Shown: positions 1-9,391, numbered from the stretch's first letter. The stretch: DNA of 13,268 nt from Azolla caroliniana (GCA_043228905.1 JBHGNT010000973.1:1-13268), one strand, 5' to 3'. The notes: generated from the sequence alone by a model not told the origin. Numbers and translations are program-made.

Positions 1-249
1 AAGCATGTGCCCATCGATAGATTCCACTAGGATTGTCTTGGACAATTGGAAATTGGTGTTTACGAACGAACCTTTCGTCCATAGTCGCCCCGGAATGAGA
101 AGTGCTAAGGACCTAATTGAAATCGAATTGAAATGGATACTTACCGGAAAGGAGAAATCTTCTATCGATGTAGCCGAACTATGGGAGCAACACGAATGCA
201 GATTGTCCAACCACATGGCTCCTACTGTAGTTGGACACCGTCATTTTCC
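1..249 (-). pseudogene. pol: pol N-terminus (aspartic protease) of the gypsy element, disrupted
   Basis: Manual translation gives RCPTTVGAMWLDNL...FSFPVSIHFNSISIRSLALL[D]SGAT. The catalytic Asp codon has lost one base near 96. After frameshifts it continues MDERFVRKHQFPIV...VESIDGHML. Confidence 0.8.
184..249 (-). promoter_or_regulatory. putative -1 ribosomal frameshift signal (slippery heptamer plus stem-loop/pseudoknot) at the gag-pol junction
   Basis: Minus strand: G GAA AAT (249-243), a 6-nt spacer, then an 11-bp stem GTCCAACTACA (236-226) / TGTGGTTGGAC (215-205) with one G:U pair. Loop GGAGC (222-218) can pair with downstream GCTCC (188-184). Confidence 0.7.
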
Positions 250-1222
250 TGTTGTTGGGGTTGTCGTATTGTTTGTAGATATTTGTTGTTGATTATTCTT
301 GATTGGGCAGAAACGAATTAGGTGGGTGGATGCACCACAATATAAACATAGTCCATTGGTTCGGCGATACCTCCGTTCAACCTAGGTGAGTGGAGGGGCG
401 CGCGCAATCAATTTCCATCAGCACGAGGTCATCGTACGATGACGATGGAGGAGATCTCAAAGATGGTTTCCACCTTGAAGTTGCTCATTCCTCTTGACAA
501 AGCTCAAACAACCGATTGTCACAACGAACTGCATGCGTGATGGCTTGCGACAATGATGTAGGCTCCAAAAATTTTAGTAAATTTTTAATTTCACTTCGAA
601 GGCCCTGAAGAAATTGGTCGCAGAGCGCTTGGCCATCCCCCTAAACATCACATGCTAATTGTCTAAATTCAGAGGCATAAACGGATACCGGGCACATACC
701 TTGATGCAATGAATAGAGTTTGGTAATGGTAGTTCAGTGTCAGTCCGTATCCCCAAATGTTGCCTCGAACTCTACCAGAAAGGCATGAAAATTTTGTAGA
801 AGTGATGAAGTTACGACCAACGGTGCAAACCAAGCTTGTGCAACTCTTGACAAAAGGGTTCCGATGGGACCAACTAGACGAAAATCATCCGCATATTGTT
901 AAAGTTGTAGTTGGATAATAAGTTTAATCTTATTTATGAACCCTCGGAAGTGCTTACTTGTGCCATCGAACTTGTTAGGTAAACTAATCTTGGGCTCCAT
1001 ACTTGTAGTGGGATGGGGAGGAGTTGGAGAAAGTCTAGACGAGGGACCAGGCTCTATAGGTAGAACATTTTTTGATGCAGGACGAGAATTGTTTTTTTCT
1101 TTAAGTTCCATCGGTGTTCCAACTTGAAGCTTCCGTAACGATTCCCAAAGGTTGTCATTCTCAAGTTGAAGTTGATGCATTGCTTCCATGAGCTGATTTA
1201 TTCTCTCGGTAAGATCTGACAT
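222..1222 (-). pseudogene. gag: gag of the gypsy element (capsid-like domain plus CCHC zinc knuckle), with multiple stops and frameshifts
   Basis: ATG at 1222 (MSDLTERINQL...). The frame continues past the TAA at 901-899 as QYADDFRLVGPIGTLLSRVAQAWFAPL...FEATFGDTD*H*TTITKLYSLHQG...ASEFRQLACDV*...AVRCDNRLFE...LMEID. After a frameshift it reads GLCLYCGASTHLIRFCP (CX2CX4HX4C, ~348-307), and the probable original end is QENDGVQLQ*. Confidence 0.9.
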
Positions 1223-1242
1223 GTTGAGGCTTAGAAAATGGG

Positions 1243-1253
1243 AAGGTGAACAA
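1243..1253 (-). promoter_or_regulatory. primer-binding site, self-priming type (not tRNA-complementary)
   Basis: Minus-strand TTGTTCACCTT lies 2 nt after the LTR end ...CGTGACA (1256). It is the exact complement of minus-strand AAGGTGAACAA at 1429-1419. No TGG-type tRNA PBS is present. Confidence 0.7.
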
Positions 1254-1255
1254 AC

Positions 1256-1698
1256 TGTCACGAGAGGATAGATGAGGCTAAATACTAAGAAAGAGGGAGA
1301 GCATAAGCAAGAGAACAAGAATGTCACGGACAAGTAAACGAGGCTCAATGCTAAGAGATAGCGTGAGAGAGAGAATAGACAAGAGAACAAGAACTGAATT
1401 ATGCTTTCGTAATTGATGTTGTTCACCTTTATTGTAATCAAGGTGCACCCGAGTATTTATACAAAAATGTGGAGGTAGGCATACAAGCTAGAAAACTTCT
1501 AGAGATTACATAGAAACTTCTAGAGAGTGCATGAAGATGCATTCTCTAGTAGGTTATTCAAAGTTCTACAATGTAATTAGTTGAATCTTATACAATACAA
1601 TAATGCATAGATAGATGTAGCTCAACTAGTAAGGTTGCCCAATAAGACAAAGAGGTCATGGGTTCAACACAATTTCATGTGGCATCCTACCTATGACA
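1256..1698 (-). repeat. 5' LTR of the gypsy element (~443 bp)
   Basis: Termini TGTCA...TGACA form an inverted repeat. The minus strand has TATAAATA at 1461-1454 and AATAAA at 1433-1428. Copia RNase H sequence starts abruptly at 1699. The partner LTR is outside the window, so the inner boundary (1256 vs 1322) is inferred from the PBS position. Confidence 0.75.
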
Positions 1699-1874
1699 GA
1701 ACCCGGCTTACCACTCCCGGACCAAGCACATCCAGAGGAGATATCAGTATCTCCGTGACGAAGATCCATACGAAGGAGAACGAGTCGGACATGCTAACCA
1801 AGGTGTCGTCAGCCGACAAACTGGACGTGTTCAGGAGACGGATCGGATTGACAAGACATCCCATGTCGGAGTGA
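1699..1874 (+). pseudogene. pol: RNase H C-terminus of an older Ty1/copia element (copia-A; Tnt1/Tork-like motifs)
   Basis: NPAYHSRTKHIQRRY from 1700, then a frameshifting deletion, then VTKIHTKENESDMLTKVSSADKLDVFRRRIGL...*. These are the KHI and ADxxTK-type motifs of copia RNase H. Confidence 0.85.
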
Positions 1875-1882
1875 AGGGGGAG
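1873..1882 (+). promoter_or_regulatory. polypurine tract of copia-A
   Basis: GAAGGGGGAG overlaps the pol stop codon and lies 2 nt before the LTR start TGTTGC at 1885. Confidence 0.8.
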
Positions 1883-1884
1883 CT

Positions 1885-2109
1885 TGTTGCGAATTCGGTC
1901 CCTCTGGATGGGATCTAGACGAGCTGAAGGAAGGAACTGTACCGGACATTACGGATCCGGTGTGAACCGGATCGAGGGACATATCTGTAACTATGTTTCC
2001 AGTGTGCCTATCTTGGCCATATTTGTAGATAGTCCTATATTCATGCAACTATAAATATGACTTAGGGCAACCACTTTGGTAGAGTTGTATGATGTTAGTT
2101 ATTATTATC
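1885..2109 (+). repeat. 3' LTR of copia-A, left part (U3), interrupted by copia-B
   Basis: Starts TGTTG just after the PPT, contains CTATAAATA (TATA box, 2049-2057) and stops at the TSD of copia-B. Confidence 0.75.
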
Positions 2110-2477
2110 TATTGAGATACAAGCTCAACATTGCGTCAACCGGTGCGCAACAAGAGGCCGGATCGGTGCGGAAATCGGGAGGCCGTTGAACAGATATTCC
2201 GCGAGGGAATATATTTGGGAGTTAGTGCAGGAGCTCAGTTATGAGCATTGAAGTACGTGTGAGTACTTCTGTCAGTCCGTATGGACTTGTATAAAAGTGC
2301 TCTCTGAGCACATCCTATATATAGAGTTTTTACACATTATTCGAATAGAGTTTTTCTGTGTGTTTTTCCCTCTCTTTCTCTCCCGCGTACATTATGTCTT
2401 AAGCTCTCCATTAAACCTGTTTTTTTCCTCTCTCGGTATTCTGTGTTTCGTATAGCTTCCGCACGTAACATTTCACA
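2110..2477 (+). repeat. 5' LTR of copia-B (368 bp)
   Basis: Aligns end to end with 7388-7756. Manual count is about 22 substitutions plus 1 indel (~94% identity). It starts TA (mutated from TG) and ends CA, with TATAAAA near 2290. Confidence 0.95.
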
Positions 2478-2489
2478 TTATATAAGAGC
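2478..2489 (+). promoter_or_regulatory. degenerate tRNA-iMet primer-binding site of copia-B
   Basis: TTATATAAGAGC matches 9/12 positions of the canonical TGGTATCAGAGC and directly follows the LTR-terminal CA. Confidence 0.6.
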
Positions 2490-2575
2490 GCGAGGGTTGA
2501 GAACCTCTGCGGCCGACTTCAGCTCGAAACAAAAAAAGCAAACCTAATCTCGGTGAAGAACAGAAAGGAAAAAAA

Positions 2576-5500
2576 ATGGATAGAGGTATGGCTAGTTCGC
2601 TTCCAACTTAGAAGCTCAACAGAAGTAACTACGCATCTTGGTCATACAAGATGCACTAGTACTTACTCGGACATGGATACTACAGCTATGTCGATGGAGC
2701 AAGTGATGGAGCACCCGAATCGACACACAGAGCCGTCCCAGCCTGGGAAGAGTCGGCGAGCAAAGTTCTCTACTGCTTCGCGTCCTGTGTGAGCGAACAA
2801 CTATTGAGCTACATTCGGGATGCAAGAATGCTGAAGGATGCTTGGGGAAATCTGGAAACGATTTTCGCCGCAAGCACCACAACCTGGAAGCTCCAACTCC
2901 GACAGGAGTTGAGCAATGTGCGTCAACGCGACATGACGGTGGCTGACTACACCTCCAAGATAAAGGATATCTGTGACTCCCTCGCCTCCATCGATATGAA
3001 TGTTGAGGAGGGAGAAATGGTGTAGATCTGCCTCGGAGGATTGGCGTCGATGTTCAGATCATTCTGAACTATTGTTTGTACAAGGGAGAATACGCCGTCG
3101 TTTTTCGACTTGCAGTCGATGCTCCTTGTAGAGGAGAATCACGCAGTTGCGTCAATGAGTACGCACGCTGACAACGGGATGTTGTACACGAAGGGAGATA
3201 GGCCCCGTGGTCATGGCGGACGAGGCGGGTTGGCGCGCAATGGAGGCGGCCGACAAGAGCAAGGAAGAAGGCATCGTGGTGATGCCGATAGCAATTCCGA
3301 ACTCTCCAGAAGCAAGGGGAGTCGAGGAGGCAACGAGAAACGACAAGGGAAACACGCCGCAGAATGCTGGTATTGTGGGAAGAAAGGTCACAAGGAGAGC
3401 GAGTGTTGGAAGAAACGTGCCCAGTCGGAGAAAACCGGATCAGGATCCGGACAGACCTAACAGGAAATCGGCATCGGTCGCACTACGCTTAAGGATCCGA
3501 AAAAGTCGGAAAGGGTGCAGCCTTCGTGACAAGACACGAAACGAACTCGATGAAGTAGACCACCCGAAAATCAAAAGAAGTGTGGTACGTTGACTCCAGA
3601 GCGTCAAACCATATGACAAGCCATAAAGAATGGTTCTCATATCTGGACAAACTGGAACAACCAGGAGTAGTCGCAACAGGAGACGACACTCCGCATCAGA
3701 TCGCACATGTCGGTGAAGTTCCCCTCAGCCACATAGGGAAAAAGGGGAAGCTAATGAACTTTTTACACATGCTGACAATTACGAAGAATCTTGTGTCGGT
3801 CGAACAGATCATCGACCATGGGATGCAAGTCTGGTTCACGCATCTCAGGTGCTTCATCGAGGAAGAAGGCCAAGTTATTGCACAAGGGTGTAGAGATGGG
3901 AGGATGTTCATCCTCGACACCAATGCTGTAGTCACCACCATGTTCGCGAAAGGGCAAAAAGTTGAAGTCGGTTATTGACTTGTGGCATAAGCGGATAGGC
4001 CAGGTCAACTACCAAAGGCTTCAGGACTTGCAATCGAAATAAGTTGTGTTCAAATTACCGAAATTCAGTGCTCGAAAGGCCCAAATTTCTGAAGCCTGCC
4101 AACTAGGGAAGCAACACCAACTTCCTTTCCCCAATGAGCATAATCGGAACCGAAATAAGCTTGACTTGATACATTCATATGTATGGGGATCGGCACTGAA
4201 CGTGAGTCTTGGCAGGAGCGATATTTCGTCTCCTTCATCGACGACTACACCCGGCACACATGATCTACCTCATCGAAAAGAAGAGTGAAGTCTTTGACTA
4301 TTTCCGGAACCTCAAAAATCTTGTCGAAAGGGAAACAGGGAGGAAGATCAAGTGTCTATGGTCAGATGGTAGAAAAGAGTACTTTTCCGGACAATTCAAC
4401 GGTTATTTGCAACAAATGGGAATTCGGTGCGAATTCAGTTGCAGGTATACGCCAGAGAAGAACGACGTAGCTGAAGGAAGAATCGGTCGGTTGTGGAAGC
4501 GGCGCGGGAAATGTTGGAAGAAAAGTGCATGCCCAAGTTCTATTGGGCCGAAGCGGTCCGAACCCCAGTCTACATCCAGAATCGGATCGAAGAAAAAGTG
4601 TCGGCACATGAGCTGTATTTCGGAAGGAAGCCGAATCTACGACACTGGAGGGTTTTCGGTAGCATCGCGTATGTGCATGTGCTAAAGGAGAAGCGGAGGA
4701 AGTTGGATGCGAAAACTGAGGAGTGTATCTTGGTTGGCTACTTGGACGAACAAAAGGGTTATAAGTATTATAACCCCCGAACCAAACAAGCTCGCGTAAG
4801 TCACGATGTTGTGTTCGATGAGTCCTCGTCTTGGTATTTGCCTTCGACTCCGGACCTCAGTTCCAATCCGTGTTCTGAAGATGAGGTCAACGAGGCTAAG
4901 ATGTCTCCTGATGAATGCGATGTCGGAACTCTTGAAGAGAGTCCGATTTCATTTCGGCTAAGTGGACCGAATGAGGACTGAGTTGGTTTGACCAGTTAGA
5001 TGAAGAGTCGGCGAGTAGTGGACACTCGGCCGTGCATTCCCCGCGCAGAAAGCCGAAGAGACGGCTTACGCGCAAAGAAAAGGGAAAGCAAAAGATGTCG
5101 GAGTACGACACAGATAGGGACGAGTCGGATGGACGCGAATCTGACCACAAGAAGAGCGATGATGGACCTTCAAGAGAGAAGTCTGTGTCGGCCAGAATGG
5201 CCTCAACATCGGTTAATGAGCAGTTATGCCGATCTACCCGCCAGAAGAACCCTGTTGTGCGGTTCGGATACAAGGAGTACATGGCGCAAAACTATGCGTA
5301 CATGACACGTGTAGCGGAAGTGCGTGAGCCGGAGAGCTACGCAGAAGCGGCAAAGGATGCGAATTGGCATGCCGCCATGGAGGAAGAGATGAACGCACAT
5401 GTGGAGATTGAAACCTGGGAACTGGTTGATGCCGCCAAGGGTGTAAAGCCGATTGGATGCAGGTGGGCGTACAAGGTCAAGTACAACACCGAAAGCTCGG

Positions 5501-6901
5501 TCAACCGATACAAGGCCCGACTAGTAGCAAAAGGCTACGCGCAGCAACATGGCATCAATTACGATGAGACGTTTGCGCCGGTCGTGAAGATGACGACCGT
5601 TTGTGTTTTGCTTATGGTAGCTGCGGCGAAGGGGTGGCTCTTACATCAGATGGATGTAAAGAATGTGTTCCCTCAAGGTGAACTTGAGGAACAAGTGTAC
5701 AAGGTACAACCCCCCGGATTTCACTCTGAAACGAACACTTCGGCGGTATGCTGGTTGAAGAAGTCCCTTTACGAACTAAAGCAAGCCCCGCGTACCTGGA
5801 ACGCGAAGATCACGCAACGATTGCGTCGGATAGGATTTGCGACATCCAAATCAGACTCTTCATTGTTTGTCCGGCATGGTCGACTTGGGCCGGTTAGTAT
5901 TTTACTTTAGGTCGATGACTTGGTCATCACCGGCGTTGACTTAGGTGAATTTGACCCCGTAAAGCTCTAGCTTGCGGCATCATTTGATATGAAGGACCTG
6001 GGGGACCTTCATTACTTTCTCACGATGGAAGTGATCCGAACCCTCGAAAGCATAATGATCAGTCAACGGCATTACGTAATGAGTATGCTCTTCAAGTTCG
6101 GGATTGCAGACTATAAGTCCATCTCAACTCCTCTTGACAGAACCGTGAAGCCTCACCCCAAATCCAGAAAGGTCTACGACCCGAAAAGGTTCTGACAAAT
6201 TGTCAGAAGCTTTATATACTTGACTATCACCCGACCGGACCTCAATTACCCGACTGGCTTGATTAGTCAGTACATTGCACGGCCAACCGAGGAGCACCTT
6301 CATTGCGCGCAACGCATACTCAGGTACATTAGTGGCACTAAGGACCGGGGGCTACTATATCAGACCTATATTGCCGCGCAGCTAGTCGGCTGTACAGATG
6401 TTGACTGGGCCGGAAACGCCGGCGATCCAATCCACATCCGGATTCGCGTTCTCCCTTGGGAGCGCCACGCTCGCGTGGAGTAGCAAGAAGCAACCTACTG
6501 TTGCATTGTCGAGCACAGAGGCCGAATATCGAGGAGCGGCTATCGCAACATGCGAAGCCATATGGCTGAAGTGGCTACTTAAGGATCTGCAGGTGGAGGT
6601 GTCCGATCCGATGAAGATCTATTGCGAAAACCTCAGCAACATCCAACTTGCAAAGAACCCCGTCTTTCACGCCCGGACTAAGCACATTCAGGTGCACTAC
6701 CACTTTGTCCCCGAGTGTGTCCTCTCTAGTGAAGTCGAACTTCAGTATGTTCCAACGGATCGGCACAATGCCGTCATCTTCACCAAGCCCCTTGATCTAG
6801 ACAAGTTGCGGCAATTCTTAGGTGCGCTTTGGTTGCGGCACGTTGAAGTTCCGAACTTGAGGGGGAGAAAAAGTCTCGCAAGACCACAGAGAGAAGCATG
6901 A
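2576..6901 (+). pseudogene. gag-pol: gag-pol polyprotein of copia-B, broken by many stops and frameshifts
   Basis: Gag N-terminus MDRGMASSLPT*KLNRSNYASWSYKMH*YLLGHGY and CCHC knuckle CWYCGKKGHKESEC (3365-3406). Protease WYVDSRASNHMT (~3583). Integrase LWHKRIG, ACQLGKQH, LIHSYVWG, FIDDYTR, SDGRKEY, FYWAEAV and RVFGSIAYVHV. RT YKARLVAKGY, QMDVKN, LKQAPRTW and LL*VDDL (YVDD Tyr codon now TAG at 5908-5910). RNase H TDVDWAG, SSTEAEY, TKHIQVHYHF and IFTKPL. Confidence 0.96.
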
Positions 6902-7375
6902 ATGGAGCGGAAGTGACCACGACATCAAATCGGATGACGAATTTGATTTAGTGTCGGCTGAAGAAGCCGAAGGCGGATCCGCAAAAGAGTTTGGAATTGG
7001 ACGAGAAGGTAACAACCGAAAGAAAGAGCCGGAGCCAGCCAAGCATGGGGGAGATGAAGCCAACAAGGCGAGAAGGCCAAGATTGAGGACGAATTGGAGA
7101 TAGCCAATTCAAACAAAATCAGAGACGAATCAGAGGCAGCCAATTCGGCTCGGATGTTTGATTCGGAGATGCTGATTCAACTGAAGGCCAAGCGGAAGAA
7201 AGGGCAGCAGAAGAAGCGCCAACACCGTGACAGCAAGGGAGCAGGAAAAGGCCGCACGAGAAGACAACTCGACCGTAAGGGTCGAGGCGCGTGTAATCGA
7301 ATGGGTCGAGGAGCGCGAACGAAGCGTGAAGTCAAGAGAAACCGGACTGAAGGACCGGAAGAGCCTCAAGTTGAG
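6868..7375 (+). other. purine-rich, charged low-complexity extension between RNase H and the 3' LTR of copia-B
   Basis: Bounded by identical CTTGAGGGGGAG 12-mers at 6856-6867 and 7376-7387. It translates, with frameshifts, to an acidic tract (SDDEFDLVSAEEAEGGS) followed by a basic tract (KAKRKKGQQKKRQHR). Confidence 0.6.
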
Positions 7376-7378
7376 CTT

Positions 7379-7387
7379 GAGGGGGAG
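7379..7387 (+). promoter_or_regulatory. polypurine tract of copia-B
   Basis: GAGGGGGAG directly abuts TGTTG at the start of the 3' LTR (7388). Confidence 0.9.
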
Positions 7388-7756
7388 TGTTGAGATACAA
7401 GCTCAACATTGCGTAAACTAGTGCGCAACAAGAGGCTGGATCGGTGCGGAAACCGAGAGGCCGTTGAACAGATATTCTGTGAGGGAATATATTTGGGAGT
7501 TAGTGCAGGAGCTCAATTATGAGCATTGAAGTACGTGTCAGTATTTCTGTCAGTCCGTATAGACTTGTATAAAAGTGCCCTCTGAGCACATCCTATATAC
7601 AGAGTTTTTACACATTATTCGAATATAGTTTTTTCTGTGTGTTTTTCCCTCTCTTTCTCTCCCGCGTACATTATGTCTTAAGCTCTCCATTAAACTTGCT
7701 TTTTTCCTCTGTCGGTATTCTGTGTTGCGCATAGCTTCCGCACGTAACATCTCACA
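7388..7756 (+). repeat. 3' LTR of copia-B (369 bp)
   Basis: TG...CA termini and a direct repeat of 2110-2477. Confidence 0.95.
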
Positions 7757-7761
7757 TTATT

Positions 7762-8203
7762 GTTGTATAGACACAGAGAGCGAGAGAAAAAAACAAAAAG
7801 TATCTTCTGTTGTAATTGCCGGTTGGCGAAGACATAGAGCTCGAGGTCATTGCTTTTGAGTCTTGCATTGTATCCCTCTTCTCATAGACATAGTTGGAGT
7901 CTGTGGGCTCCCGTGGTTTTTCCTAATTATAACATCTTGTGTCCCCTTATTTGTCTATTTTTCCTATTTTCTTCCATTGTGAGTTTGAGATTTGGTTGTG
8001 GCCGAGCACTATTCCGTATAGGTAGCCGATTCTGATACAAATCGGTGTCCATTCAGATCAGTACATCTTTCCGGATCTACCACCCCTTAACATAATATCT
8101 ATCAATATTCATAATTATCCTAGTTATCCGGTATACGTATTCACACTCTTTCCGGACTATCTTCTGGATCTACAAACCTTCGGCTCTACTTCTATGGGCA
8201 ACA
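7762..8203 (+). repeat. 3' LTR of copia-A, right part (R/U5); end at 8203 or 8092
   Basis: Resumes after the copia-B TSD and contains the CCCGTGGTTTTTCC motif common in plant copia LTRs. Candidate ends are ...GCAACA (8203), a 6-bp inverted match to the start TGTTGC, or ...TAACA (8092). Confidence 0.55.
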
Positions 8204-9391
8204 AGGTAGAAGGATCGGGTTTTTTAGCTTTGTTCCCACATATCGTACAACCTTAGCCATTTGTCCTAGTTCCGAATGGTTTCCCAACTATCCTACTTCT
8301 AATCCATTAAAATAACTTAGAGAATTAGTCTTTCATATTATTCATATAACAATATGTGGGCCTCATTTGGTAGAGGGTTCTAATAGATCATGTTGGTAGT
8401 AGGGCTAGCATTCTCATGTTAAATGTGGTGTTGATGTCAATATTGGGGTTATAGTCCATATTATGACACTTGCAAGAACAATGTGACTTGGTGACATCAT
8501 CATAGTCAAACAAATTCGATATGCTTGTTTGGTACAAGGTGAGCGGTTCATTATGATCGCTAGTGATATCTATGGGTTCCAATGTTATCTCCAATAATGG
8601 TGGTCAACTTGAGCTTACGAAGAGCATGCCAATAACTTTAAAATGACTCAAGCGTGAGCAAAGATAAGTACATAGTTCACTCCAATGCTAAGATGCTTTC
8701 AAGCACAAGAAACTATGGTTGGCAATATTAAGAACTTGAAGTAATTTAATTCCTTGGCCCTACATAGAGTTATGGGCCGAGCATAATGATGGTCTCAAAA
8801 ATATCCTTTGACTTTTTAAGCTCTTATATGTTGTACTATAAAGTCAAGACCACATAGAATTGAACACCCGAAACTTTCAAAGTGTGATCTTATCTACAAA
8901 GAGAATCGTCGAAATGAAGGAGGCTTTGTAGAAGATTGAAAAACACATTAAAACTATAGTCAGACCAATGGTGATATTTTTACACTTGTGGGCTAATATG
9001 ACATGCACATAATGGAAGGATGTTGTTTTGTTTGGCATCAATAAAAGTTGATAGGAAATCCAAAAGCTTTGAAGCAAATAGGATATCAACATGCTTATCA
9101 ACTAGATGAATTTTGACACGTAGGCTTTTCAGTTAAAACTTAAAGCAAGGACCAAACAAATGTGTATTCCCAAAATAGACAATGGTACTTTGTCACCCTA
9201 ACTTTCCTATTTTCGTCATACCTTTATCTTTTCAACCAATGACAGACATCCCTCCTAAGCTGTCAAACCTCAACAACAATCCTCTCCATAATGTTTTATG
9301 GGTCCAATGGCATCCATCTTATTAAGTTGTGTGTAACACCATATTTCTCAAGTGTTTGGAGTTTAGCATTCACTGTGGCCAGAGACACATA

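Larger units (their letters stand above)
1..1698 (-). mobile_element. Ty3/gypsy LTR retrotransposon, chromovirus (Tcn1/Tf1-sushi-like), 5' part; continues beyond the left edge of the window
   Basis: The minus strand reads 5' LTR (1698-1256), PBS, gag (from 1222) with a CCHC knuckle, frameshift signal, then aspartic protease. The gag motifs EPKISLPNKFDG, AQAWF and VYASEFRQLA and the MEID spacer are typical of sushi/PEG10/Tcn1-type gag. The lineage call rests on motif recognition only. Confidence 0.9.
2110..7756 (+). mobile_element. full-length, inactivated Ty1/copia LTR retrotransposon (copia-B, ~5.65 kb)
   Basis: Two direct-repeat LTRs (2110-2477 and 7388-7756) and domain order gag-PR-INT-RT-RNaseH. 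PPT precedes the 3' LTR. The 5-bp TSD is TTATC (2105-2109) / TTATT (7757-7761), a 4/5 match. Confidence 0.97.

Noticed and set aside
5-321. Plus-strand ORFs 5..292 and 133..321 as genes
   Set aside because: They are antisense to the gypsy gag-protease junction and have no recognisable motifs.
1223-1441. Hydrophobic N-terminal 73 aa of ORF 899..1441 (-) as a signal or transmembrane segment
   Set aside because: It is a translation of the CT-rich LTR and leader from a non-ATG start. The real gag start is the ATG at 1222.
1322-1698. Shorter gypsy LTR ending at 1322 (also TGTCA...TGACA)
   Set aside because: No PBS-like sequence follows 1322, whereas the self-complementary 11-mer follows 1256. 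It is disfavoured but cannot be excluded without the second LTR.
6868-7393. env-like gene (Sirevirus-type) after pol
   Set aside because: The tract is short, highly charged and lacks hydrophobic segments, and the LTRs are only ~370 bp.
2553-7750. Numerous short alternative-frame and antisense ORFs inside copia-B as independent genes
   Set aside because: They are shadows or frameshifted fragments of the single gag-pol pseudogene and the LTR.
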